Shown: piece by piece, positions 35,868 to 45,865 of the stretch | Numbering within the stretch: position 1 is the first letter of the stretch | Layout of the letters: each line of letters starts with the position of its first letter | NCBI RefSeq assembly: GCF_046119375.1 | Contig: NW_027362761.1 | Coordinates: 311,426,001 to 311,490,000 of the forward strand | DNA length: 64,000 nucleotides | Direction of reading: 5' to 3' | Origin: Phyllobates terribilis | Lineage: Eukaryota | Program-made: the position numbers and the translations under genes | Notes under the pieces: generated by a model | The model's input: the letters and a program-made list of their open reading frames with translations, nothing else | What the model was told of the DNA's origin: nothing | The model's database searches: none

Positions 35868-37534
35868 GTGCGGCAGAGCAGGAGATGTAGATAGTTACCC
35901 GACCGGGTACCAAAGAAACTGTTGCTACATATATATAGTCCCCGTTGGGACCAGCATGAGTGAACTGTGTACCCGTTATTCCGTATCCATACCAGGCTGA
36001 GGACTGTGAGCAGCCATTCCCTTTCCCTCCTTAACTGGCCGAGGGCTGAGAGCGGCCAACTTCCCCTGTATATAGTTGCGCTTCCTAAAGCGCCCCCTAC
36101 TGGTTTTATAGGAAAACCAGTTTTCCAGAGAGACTGTCGCACTTTACCCGGTCACACGTTGCACAGTGACCGGAGGAGAAGCAAGAAACGACGACGAGAA
36201 TGTTTTATAAGAAAGAATGTTTTATTTGCTAATATATGTTGTTTTATATGTTTATGAAAAATTTTGTATGTTTTGGTGTTTTGTCTTACAGCCCGAGGAC
36301 GTGCTGTGATTTACCAGGGGGGAATGTAGCACCCTGAGGATTCGGCTGCTACAGGGGTATTGCACCTCAACCCAGAGGTGTGATATTCCACTCCCGGGTA
36401 AGGATGGAGTGTGGAACTGAGCTCGGTAGGCTGCATGCACTACACACATCCCATTTCCGGGGAGCAGACCGACGGTACTCCCACTTGGAAATGTGCAGGT
36501 ACGACCGAGTCTGTTCCTGGCTGGAGTGGGAGGGGGGTGGTACATCCCAAGTAGTGTAGGGGCAGATAGGGGGAGCAGCCTGGGTAAAGATAGGAGCTCA
36601 TTGGGTGCTGGTCACCTGAGCTCACACATAGAGGGTGTATATAAGGTGGGCACCAACTAAGAACAGGGTCAGATGCAGAGAACAAGTCAGCAAGCAGAGG
36701 AGAAGAGAGACCCAGAGTGAGAGAGGAGAAGAGAGACCCAGAGGGGGAAACAGAAAAGAGGACTCCAAGAACCCAACTTAAATCCCCGGGTGAAGAGTCG
36801 GCACAGGGTACCGGATCCCAAACTGGCGGGAGCAGAAAACACACCCTAGCCAGAGACCGGAGGCCGTGGGCAGCATCTGCCACGGCCACCCATCACATCC
36901 ACCCCGAAGGCACACCACATGAAGGGTCAGGGAACCCAAGGCCAAGGGTGTCCCAACAGAAGGCCCGAGGGAGCTGGACCTAGGTGGATCACTGGTGGGG
37001 ACGGCCAGAGAACGGGACAGAAGGAGAGCTCAGGGCCACGCTCCGGACTTGTTTGGGGGTTGGCTGGATCCAGGACCTGGTGGACGCAGCACGGCTCGGG
37101 TGGTCACTCGAAGCTGGAGTGACCAGTACAACATCTGCAGTAAGTAAACACCCTTAACTGCACAACCCGACTCTGTCTTCATTGCCGTCTGCACTGCACC
37201 ACCACAACCCCCATCCTCTGCACCTGTCCCCCCTGAGGCTATACCCCTCCCGTTGGGGGTTATCCCACCAAGCTGCGCACCCACCATCAGCCTCAGCGGA
37301 CCCTGCTGCAGCGGCGGCCACAGTGACCGCATCACAACGGGTGGCGTAGTCGACACAAAAGAACTCTTAATAACATCTGTAGGACTGCCACATAACACTG
37401 AGTTTGACGCCCTGGGCACGGGCCGGGTCACAGCCGCTCGGAGACTACAACCCCCCATCTGATCCGGTGCCGGGTATTCCCCTCAAAAAGGAATATGTCC
37501 CAGGGGGCGCGTCAGTGGTGGCTCTTCAGGTCGC

Positions 37535-40321
37535 ATGGGTGCTAAGCCTTGCATAGCCTGGGCATTTTTTCAGATCGATAAAGATGACCCAACTCGTGTT
37601 ATCTGTAACATTTGTCAGCAAAAGCTAAGTAGAGGCCAAAAAATACATAGTTTGAGTACTTCATGCATGAACCGGCACATGGACATGAAGCATAAGTTGC
37701 AGTGGGAAGCTCAGTGTGCTACAATGCGGCCTAGCCGGCCGGGCCAACCACCGTCTGCCATATCTTGTGCATCCGCGGCCTCTTCATCCTCTGTGACTGG
37801 GGGGACAGCAGTCACACCTGTTTTGGGGCGCAGACCTGCCACCTCTTTACCCGCAACAGCCAGCGTGATTGGCAGGTCATCATTTTCTTTGGAGGTGGTA
37901 ACACCAGCTGGTGTTGAGTGCTGTCCGACATCGATAGCACCACCTTTGGATCAAGGCAACCTAACATGTCCGCCTGCATCTTCCTCACAGACCGGCAGTT
38001 TGCCGGGGACACCCTTATCAACCCCGTCTAAGCACAATAGACAGCCCTCGGTCCCTCAGATGTGGACAAGTAAAAGACCATTTCCTCCTAGCCATGAGAA
38101 AGCTAAGAGGTTGAATTTCACCATCTGCAAGCTCCTGGCTACAGAAATGCTGCCTTTCCGCCTGGTGGACACAGAGGATTTTCGAGACCTTATGTCCGTC
38201 GCAGTGCCCCAGTACCAGATGCCCAGTCGGCACTACTTCTCAAAGAAAGGTGTGCCTGCGCTCCACCAGCATGTCGCATACAACATCACCGCTTCTTTGA
38301 GAAACTCTGTGTGTGACAGGGTGCATTTCACCACAGACACTTGGACGAGTAGGCATGGACAGGGGCGTTACATGTCGCTGACTGGGCACTGGGTAACTAT
38401 GGTGACAGCAGGACAAGGGGCTGCTGTCCAAGTCTTGCCGTCCCCACGAGTTGTGCGTCAATCCTCTTTATGTCAAAGTTCCTCCACTGCTTCTGCCTCC
38501 TCAACCTCCTCTCGGTCTTCCACCTGCACCCAAAGCCTGTCTGGTCATGCCACAAGCTTTCTAACTGCGCAGAAGGGATCCTGCACATCTCCTTACTATG
38601 CTGGCAGTAGGGCTCAACGTCATCAGGCGGTTTTTACTTTGAAATGTCTGGGAAATGTGAGTCACACAGCTGAGGAGTTGTGGTCAGCTCTGGAGAACCA
38701 ATTTCATGAATGGCTGTCTCCACTGGACCTGAAACCAGGGAAGGCCGTGTGCGACAATGCTGCAAACCTGGGTGCGGCCCTTCGCCGGGGCAATGTCACA
38801 CACGTGCCTTGTATGGCTCACGTGTTGAACCTGGTTGTCCAGCAATTTTTAGCCCACTATCCCAGACTAGATGGCCTTCTGCAGAGGGCACGGTTGCTGT
38901 GTGCTCACTTCCGCCGTTCGCATCCCGCAGCTCAGCGACTTACATCTCTACAGAAGTCGTTGGGCCTGCCACTTCACCGGCTAAAATGCGATGTGCCTAC
39001 CCGGTGGAATTCAACTCTGCACATGTTGCAGCGACTGTGGCAGCACCGACAAGCCCTGGTGCAATACGTTCTGACGTATAGCCTGGGCCAACGAGATTCA
39101 GAGGTGGGGCAAATCACGCTGGAGGAGTGGTCTCAGATCAGGGACCTATGCACCCTTCTGCACAGTTTTGAAATGGCGACGAAGATGTTTAGTGCTGACG
39201 ATGCCATTATCAGCATGACTATTCCGGTGATTTACATGCTGGAGCACATGTTAAACAGAATTCGGAGTCAGGTGGTGGCACAAGAGGAGGTGGAGGAAGT
39301 AGAGGAGGAGGAGTTATATGCGGAAGGGCTAACATCTGCAAGGTCCAGACGGTCGGCAGCACCAAGGCGGCAGGCATGTGAGGGTGGGGGAGATGGTTTT
39401 ACCAGGGCGCATGGTAGCAGCCAAACTAGTGAGGAAGGTGCAGGAGCCCAGGAAGAAGTGGAGGACGAACTGATGGAAGACTCATCAGATGAGGGAGACC
39501 TTGATCACATTTCTGTTGTGCGAGGTTGGGGGGAGAGGACAGAGGAAGGAAGCATGATTGTTACCTCGCCACCAACACAACAGGGACTTGGTGCTCCTGG
39601 ATGCGCAACACACATGAGTGCCTTCTTGCTGCACTACCTGCAACATGACCCTCGAATTGTGAGAATTAGAAATAATCCTGACTACTGGGTTGCCACACTG
39701 TTAGATCCCCGGTACAAAAGTAAATTTGCAGAAATTATTCCTGCCATAGAAAGGGATGCACGCATGCAGGAGTATCAGCAGAGACTGTTGCAGAATCTTA
39801 CATGTGCTTTTCCACAAAATACCAGTGGTGCACGTAGTGAATCTCACAGTTCCAACTTGCCAACCGTGGGACCGTCAAGTGTTCAGCACTCAAACCGTAA
39901 CAGAACCACAGTATCTGCTGGTAACATGAATTTTGCGGAATCATTTCACCACTTTTTTAGCCCATCCTTTGCAAGGCCACAGGAGACAAGAAGTCTGACA
40001 CATAGTCAACGCCTAGAGACGATGGTACAGGAGTATCTCCAAGTAAACATTGAAGCCACGACTGTGTCACTGGACCCTTGCTCTTTTTGGGCTTCCAATC
40101 TGGATAAATGGCCGGAGCTAGCCACTTACGCCTTGGAGATCTTGTCATGCCCCGCAGCCAGCATTCTGTCTGAACGTGTGTTCAGCGCTGCTGGTGGTGT
40201 GCTGACAGATAAGCGCACGCGGCTCTCCACTGATAATGTAGACAGACTCACGTTCATAAAGATGAACAAATCATGGATCCGAAACGACTTTTCTACCCCT
40301 GTGTCATCCTGGGGAGAGTAA
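37535..40321 (+). CDS. hAT transposase, 928 aa (BED finger, DDE, dimerisation domain), no stops
   Basis: ICNICQ..RHMDMKH BED finger, TTDTWTS, VCDNAAN, CMAH, TRWNST, AASILSERVFSAAG, RLSTDNVDRLTFIKMN. Confidence 0.93.
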   Translation: MGAKPCIAWAFFQIDKDDPTRVICNICQQKLSRGQKIHSLSTSCMNRHMDMKHKLQWEAQCATMRPSRPGQPPSAISCASAASSSSVTGGTAVTPVLGRRPATSLPATASVIGRSSFSLEVVTPAGVECCPTSIAPPLDQGNLTCPPASSSQTGSLPGTPLSTPSKHNRQPSVPQMWTSKRPFPPSHEKAKRLNFTICKLLATEMLPFRLVDTEDFRDLMSVAVPQYQMPSRHYFSKKGVPALHQHVAYNITASLRNSVCDRVHFTTDTWTSRHGQGRYMSLTGHWVTMVTAGQGAAVQVLPSPRVVRQSSLCQSSSTASASSTSSRSSTCTQSLSGHATSFLTAQKGSCTSPYYAGSRAQRHQAVFTLKCLGNVSHTAEELWSALENQFHEWLSPLDLKPGKAVCDNAANLGAALRRGNVTHVPCMAHVLNLVVQQFLAHYPRLDGLLQRARLLCAHFRRSHPAAQRLTSLQKSLGLPLHRLKCDVPTRWNSTLHMLQRLWQHRQALVQYVLTYSLGQRDSEVGQITLEEWSQIRDLCTLLHSFEMATKMFSADDAIISMTIPVIYMLEHMLNRIRSQVVAQEEVEEVEEEELYAEGLTSARSRRSAAPRRQACEGGGDGFTRAHGSSQTSEEGAGAQEEVEDELMEDSSDEGDLDHISVVRGWGERTEEGSMIVTSPPTQQGLGAPGCATHMSAFLLHYLQHDPRIVRIRNNPDYWVATLLDPRYKSKFAEIIPAIERDARMQEYQQRLLQNLTCAFPQNTSGARSESHSSNLPTVGPSSVQHSNRNRTTVSAGNMNFAESFHHFFSPSFARPQETRSLTHSQRLETMVQEYLQVNIEATTVSLDPCSFWASNLDKWPELATYALEILSCPAASILSERVFSAAGGVLTDKRTRLSTDNVDRLTFIKMNKSWIRNDFSTPVSSWGE

Positions 40322-40539
40322 AAGCTTGATGATTGGTTAAAATCACCCTACCAACCGTTTTAAGCTTTCAAATTACTAATCATGTTTATCTGTATCTTGA
40401 CTGGAAAATAATTTGGGCTTTGTAGCAGTGTGCAGCACTGATCCTATTATCCTATTATCCCATCTATACTAAAGCTTCACCAGATTTAAAATTAAAAATA
40501 ATTTTTAGCTGCATCTAGCCCGGAAAATAATTTTGGGGC

Positions 40540-40650
40540 TCCGAGATGCGCAAGACACATAAGTGCCTTCTTGCTGCAGCATGACCCTCATATTGTCAGA
40601 ATTCGAAGTAATCATGACTACTGGGTTGCCACACTCTTAGATCCCCCAAA
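40540..40650 (+). pseudogene. Older partial copy of the same hAT transposase (continues at 42021-42090)
   Basis: Diverged duplicates of 39600-39710 and 39799-39870. Confidence 0.7.
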
Positions 40651-40699
40651 CTTTTCGATCAACCTTTTCATTTTAATAAAGACCAAAAAAATGGTCATT

Positions 40700-42020
40700 T
40701 TTGAAATTATAAGCATTAGCAGGTTGTTAGAAACTGAAATCAAACAGTTTTCAACTCAAAACTTTATTGTAGGTGATGTTACATTTTCACATAGGACCCC
40801 TTGCTCGAAAGGAGCTTCTGAACTCTCTCGTCCATTGAATTTGTCAGGTTTTGGATGGTTTCTGCTTCAATTGTTTTGCATGAGGACAGAATACCCTCCC
40901 AGAGCTGTTGCTTAGATGTGAACTGCCTCCCACCATCATAGACACTTCTTTTAATGATGCTCCAAAGGTTCTGAATGGGGTAGAGGTCAGGGGAGCATGG
41001 GGGTCACACCATAAGTTTGTCCCCTTTTATGCCCATATCAGCCAGAGATGCAGATGTTTTATGTGCAGCATGAGATGGTGCATTATCATGCAGAAAAATG
41101 ATCTTGCTGTGAAATACACGGTTCTTCTTCTTGAACCATGGCAGGAAGTGCTGTTTGAGAAAATCCACATACATTATGGAGTTCATCTTTAGCACCTTCA
41201 GGGATCCTAAAGGGGCCGACAATCTCTCTCCCCATGATTCCAGCCCAAAACATTACTCCACCTCCTCCTTGTTGGCGCTGTAGCCGTGTTTGCGTGGGGT
41301 GTTCATCAACCAGCCATCCTCCACTCCATCCATCTGGAACATCGAGCGCTGCACGGCACTCATCCGTGAACAAAACAGTTTTGAAATCAGTCTTCATGTA
41401 ATGTTTGGCCCACTGGAGCCGTTTCTGCTTGTGTGAAGTGGATAGAGGAGGTCGACAGGATGGCGTATGCACAGCTGCAAACCTCTGAAGGACCCTGCAT
41501 CTTGTTGTTCGGGGGATGTTGGAGGCACCAGCAGCTTCAAAAACTTGTCTGCTGCTATGACAAGGCTTTCTTGCCGCTGCTCTTTTAACCTGACGTAATT
41601 GCCTGTAGGAAAGAGTCCTCAATTTGCCCTTATCAGCACGCACACGTGTGTACTGTGAATCAGCTACATACTTCTTGATTGCCAAGACACTTCATCCTGA
41701 TCATCGCACAATGTTGATTGTAGTCATGCCTTGACCTAAACACTCCACAATTTGTTGCTTCTCAGCAGCCGACACATCCTTTTTCTTTCCCATTTTGGCA
41801 GAAAATGTAGGCTGCTTAATAATGTGAGAGAGCCTTCTTAAGTAGTCTTGCCTTTCATTGGACACACCTGCCAAACTAATTAGCACAGGTGTCTGCAATT
41901 GCTTACAGTGATATAAAGAGCCCTGACACACATCACCATCAATGAGTTTAACTGACAAACAAACAAATTCTTCCCTTATCACTCCTAAACACTTTTTGCA
42001 TAATAATTTGGAACGCAGTG
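40700..42020 (-). mobile_element. Tc1-like DD37E (TRT-type) transposon relic, one end missing
   Basis: MGKKKDVSAAEKQQIVECLGQG, TDECR, HDNAPSH..*PPCSPDLYPIQ (37-residue spacing). Right TIR ends GAACGCAGTG followed by TA. Confidence 0.85.
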
Positions 42021-42094
42021 TACATGTGCTTTTCCACAAAACACCAGTGGTTCACGTAGTGAATCTTACAGTTCTAACTTGCCAACCGTGGTCT

Positions 42095-43790
42095 GTATGG
42101 AATTGTTCAATAAAGGGCCCAAAATTAAGATAACATAGATGGGAGAGGTCTCTATGAATAGGAATTCCTAAGTATTTGATACCCTGTGAGGGCCAGGCAA
42201 AGGGAAAGTTGGACTGGATGGAATCCTATATGGATTTGGGGAGGGAGACATCGAGGGCCTCAGACTTCGCTGCATTGATTTTAAAATTTTACCATGTAAC
42301 AAAGTGATCTATTTCAGCCATAACAGCAGGGATGGATATATGTGATTGAGTGATATATACTAGGACATCATCAGCAAATAGAGAGCACTTGTACTCGGTG
42401 CCTCCCACCTCAATCCACCTAATATTGGGGTTATGGCGAATTGATGAGAGCAGGTGCTCCGTCACTAGGATGTATAAGAGAGGGGACAGAGGACATCCCT
42501 GCCTTGTCCCATTGGTGATTGTGAAAGGTGATGAAAATGTTCTGACGCACCCCCTGGGCCTTGGGACACCCGGAGCCGGACCCTTTTTGGTGGATGCTGG
42601 TGGTTGTAGACTTCGTGGCGGCGACCCGGTTCCGTGACTCAGGGCGGTCAAACCAGTGGCGGAACTATTTATGTGGTTTTGATGTTTAAATGTCCGACTA
42701 CGCCACCCGTGGATTGCGGTCAGAGTGAACCGCCGCTACAGGGCAGACCGCTGAGGCTGGTGTTGTGGGTGCAGCAGAGCGTAGCATAACTCCCCACGGG
42801 AGGAGTATAGCCTCAGGCAGTGTATGCGGAGGATGGGGGTGATGGTGCAGGGCAGCAGCAGTAACGACACGGAGTCAGTGATGCAGTCCAGGGCCTTTAC
42901 TCACAGTTCTTATTATCCAGACCACGTCTGCAGGTAACGGCTTCCCGCGTTGTACTGTGCTCACCAGGTGAGGGGCTCAGACAACTCCCAGATAACTTTG
43001 GAGCACTTCACAGGACCCCCTTTGTGTGTCCTTTGTCTGGCCTTTCTTACCAACACTTCTGTCCGGCTGCCTCGAGCCTCCTCTTGGTAAACTTGGCGCC
43101 AGTTTCCCTGACCCTACGTGGTGCCTTCCTAGCGGGTGTAGCGAGGGGCTGCGCCACATAAAATGTCAGAGCCTCCGGTTTCTAGCTGAGGGTCGTTTCC
43201 TGCCTCCACTAGTTCGGGGACCGGTCTCCCCCTTTGGCCTGACCCCTCCACGCAGGTGGATTCGGGCGTGCGGTGGCGACTCGCCCGTCCGCACCCCTGG
43301 GATCCCTTCATTCCTCGTTCCTGGAGCCTTCTCCGCTCCTCTTCCTTCCTTCTCCCTCTTCCAGGCCTGGGCCTCTGTTACTAGGCCCGCCTCCGGAGCA
43401 GAGCTCATGCAGAGCCCCTGCTCCCTGCCACTTCTGCTCAGACTTCTCTGCACTGAACTAAGATGGTGCCCACCTTTTATACTCCCTTCTCAATGCACCC
43501 AGGAACTGCTTCCTCCCTGCTCCTGCACTACAGGGTTCCCCTTCCTCAGTGTTCCCTCCCCCCACTCCAGCCAGGGACAGGGACTGTCGTGCCCATCTCA
43601 GGGGCATATTGGTCGCCCTGCCCCACGGCAATGTGGTGTAATGCATGCAGGTGTCGGGTCCTGATCCACACTCCATCCTTACCTGAGAGTGAGATATCAC
43701 ACCTCTGGGTGAGGTGCAATACGTCTGTAGCAACCGAGCCCTCAGGGTGCTACAGTTCCATTTATCTTCAGCCTAGGTGACGTATTGCGA
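42095..43790 (-). pseudogene. L1/Tx1-type LINE RT relic split by a solo LTR
   Basis: RLKINGT|FSSPFTITNGTRQGCPLSPLLY..SLFADDVL..KINAAKSE..IKYLGI. Confidence 0.85.
42543..43754 (-). mobile_element. Solo LTR related to the CSD-element LTR
   Basis: Minus strand starts TGTAGCACCCTGAGG and ends GGGGGTGCGTCA. TSD GTTC at 42539-42542 and 43755-43758. Confidence 0.92.
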
Positions 43791-44017
43791 TACAGGGCCG
43801 TGATTTTGGCTATAAAAGGGTCCCCTAGACCCCTACCCCAAGCTTTTTAAGAGAATCATATATGGCGTGCCAGGAGACTCTATGGAATGCTTTCTCAGCA
43901 TCCAACGAGAGTATCTAATTACAAATTTTTAACTGCATCTAGCCCAGGAAATACTTTGTGCCTAGTAGCAGTGTCTGCTAGTCAGCGGATTATCCCGGCT
44001 GTTAAGCAAGCTACACC

Positions 44018-44292
44018 ACCTGTAGTTTAGACACTTAATTTTTTCAAAGGAAATGCTTCGGGACCATGGGATACTTAGTGAAGAGCATCAGGAGGCACCC
44101 CAAGGCATAGGGGCTGGGACTGGCAGTAGGATGCCTTGCGGTGGACAGCCGAGCTCGATCCTTATAAAAGCTTTTTAACTGCAGCAGCTTTAGTGGACGC
44201 TACTGGAGCTGGAATTACCGCGGCTGCTGGCATGAGACTTGCCCTCCAATAGATCCTTGTAAATGGATTTAAAGTGTATTCATTCAAATTAG
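44018..44292 (-). pseudogene. Decayed 18S rRNA fragment (V3-V4 region)
   Basis: Contains GGAGCTGGAATTACCGCGGCTGCTGGCA (519R primer site), TAATTTTTTCAAAG and AGCTTTTTAACTGCAGCA, colinear with 18S antisense. Confidence 0.88.
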
Positions 44293-44803
44293 AGAGACAA
44301 TTTAAATTAAAAAGCTTAGAGCTGCCTCCACCACAGGGGGGCTCGCTCGACCCACCAGCGGACAGGCACCAGTATTGGGAGAGGGGGGCTGGCCGTCAGG
44401 GTTCACCGCGGCTCTGGCACAAACCCGGCGACACGGAGGTGGCACGGGCAGGAGCGGACTGAACGTGTCGGCTTCTCACTTTTTGGATTTTAGAAGGGCA
44501 TGACATGCCTATATCTGTGTCTCCCCCTCCTTTTACTCCTCCACCTCTTTTATTTTCGCATGACTATATGTACTTGTCACTTTTCCATGTGTTAGTTATG
44601 TCTTCTGAGCAGTTTGTCAGCTTTTGGACACCTTTGAAGGTGTTTTCTATGTGTTTCTATGTGTTTTTGTTTGCCTGCCATTGGTTTTAACGGTGTTCGA
44701 AGGTGTTCGACGAACAGTTCGACGAACAGTTCGGCGAACACACGGGTGTTCGACGAACCGAACCGAACTCGAACACTACGGGGGTGGCTCAACACTAGCC
44801 AAG

Positions 44804-45865
44804 ATGTCCGACGAACAGCAGAACGCCGACCTGCCGGTCAATGTCCCTGAGTTGCAACCCGCGCCCGATGATGAACAGGCCGAAGCCGCCACTCCACCTT
44901 CAGCGCCTGTAACACCTGTAATTCCTATGACTTTACTGTACATTCCTGGAGCGAAGTGGCTCCCCCAGTATAACGGCAAACCAGATACCCTGTCTGGATT
45001 CAAACGGAAGATAAGTGGTATCTTAGACATGTACTCTATGACCGGCAAACAAAGAGCAGCCGTGGTATTAGGACAACTGACTGGTGCTGCGGAACGGGAA
45101 GTGGAAATATGGTCGGCAGCAGACCAGGAGTCAGTGTCCGCAATCTTTCAAAAACTACAGACTGTCTTTGAGGACCTTACTGAGGCGGACCTCCGGATGA
45201 GGTTCTACAGCTGCTCCCAACAACCGGAGGACAATGTTCGGGACTACGCCTGGCGTCTTCAAGGGGCCCTGAGGGCTCTGAACCAGGTTAGTCCAACCAG
45301 CGTTGAAAATGAGAACAAAATGCTGAAGAAACAGTTTGTCTGGGGACTGAAGTCTCCAGAGGAGAGCAGGACAGTGCGTTGGTGGTCCCTGGATCATCCA
45401 GATGCCACCTTTGACAACCTTAAGGACATGGCTATAAAAGGACTGCAGCCCCTGGAAACAAATGCCATCCAACATTACCAGGGTGGGGCTACCCCAGGGC
45501 CTGCTTCACCTACCTTGTCCCCAGTGGCTGCTGAAGCTAAGGTTCCAGCAACATCCCCTAAAGAACTGGACAGTCTGCGCTCGGAGGTGCGTCAGTTGAG
45601 CAAAACCCTGACCACCGTGCTGAGTGCTCTGCAGCTGCGGACGGAGCCCGAGGAAGGAGGGAAAATCCTGCTAGCCGATAGCCCTGAGGATGTCCCCTGG
45701 ATACGGAGGAGGAGGAGGCCAACACTGCCCTCGCCGAGGATCAGTGAGCAGCGCCGTCCACAGAAGGACCCTGCCTGCTACCGCTGCCGCAAGACCGGAC
45801 ACCTCGCCCAGAAGTGTCCTTTAAAAGAGAAAACCCTGGGTCCGAGGGCCAACACCCAGGAGTAA
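44804..45865 (+). CDS. gag: Gag of element B, PNMA-like with CCHC knuckle, 353 aa
   Basis: MSDEQQ..WLPQYNG..LTGAAEREV..CYRCRKTGHLAQKC. Confidence 0.88.
   Translation: MSDEQQNADLPVNVPELQPAPDDEQAEAATPPSAPVTPVIPMTLLYIPGAKWLPQYNGKPDTLSGFKRKISGILDMYSMTGKQRAAVVLGQLTGAAEREVEIWSAADQESVSAIFQKLQTVFEDLTEADLRMRFYSCSQQPEDNVRDYAWRLQGALRALNQVSPTSVENENKMLKKQFVWGLKSPEESRTVRWWSLDHPDATFDNLKDMAIKGLQPLETNAIQHYQGGATPGPASPTLSPVAAEAKVPATSPKELDSLRSEVRQLSKTLTTVLSALQLRTEPEEGGKILLADSPEDVPWIRRRRRPTLPSPRISEQRRPQKDPACYRCRKTGHLAQKCPLKEKTLGPRANTQE

Larger units (their letters stand above)
32649..37514 (+). mobile_element. Young non-autonomous LTR retrotransposon carrying a cold-shock-domain ORF
   Basis: LTRs 32649-33838 and 36325-37514 (1190 bp each; one mismatch noticed). 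TSD GTGG at 32645-32648 and 37515-37518. PBS 33843-33860, PPT 36316-36324. No gag or pol motifs seen. Confidence 0.96.
29339..44797 (+). mobile_element. hAT transposon region (left TIR TAGAGATGAGCG, right TIR reads TAGTGTTGAGCC on minus)
   Basis: Both ends have dense GTTCG/CGAAC subterminal repeats; a central hAT transposase; the flanking 8-mers are not identical. Confidence 0.8.

Noticed and set aside
44624-44803. N-terminal 60 aa of the 413-aa gag ORF
   Set aside because: Lies in hAT subterminal GTTCG repeats; the real gag start is ATG 44804.
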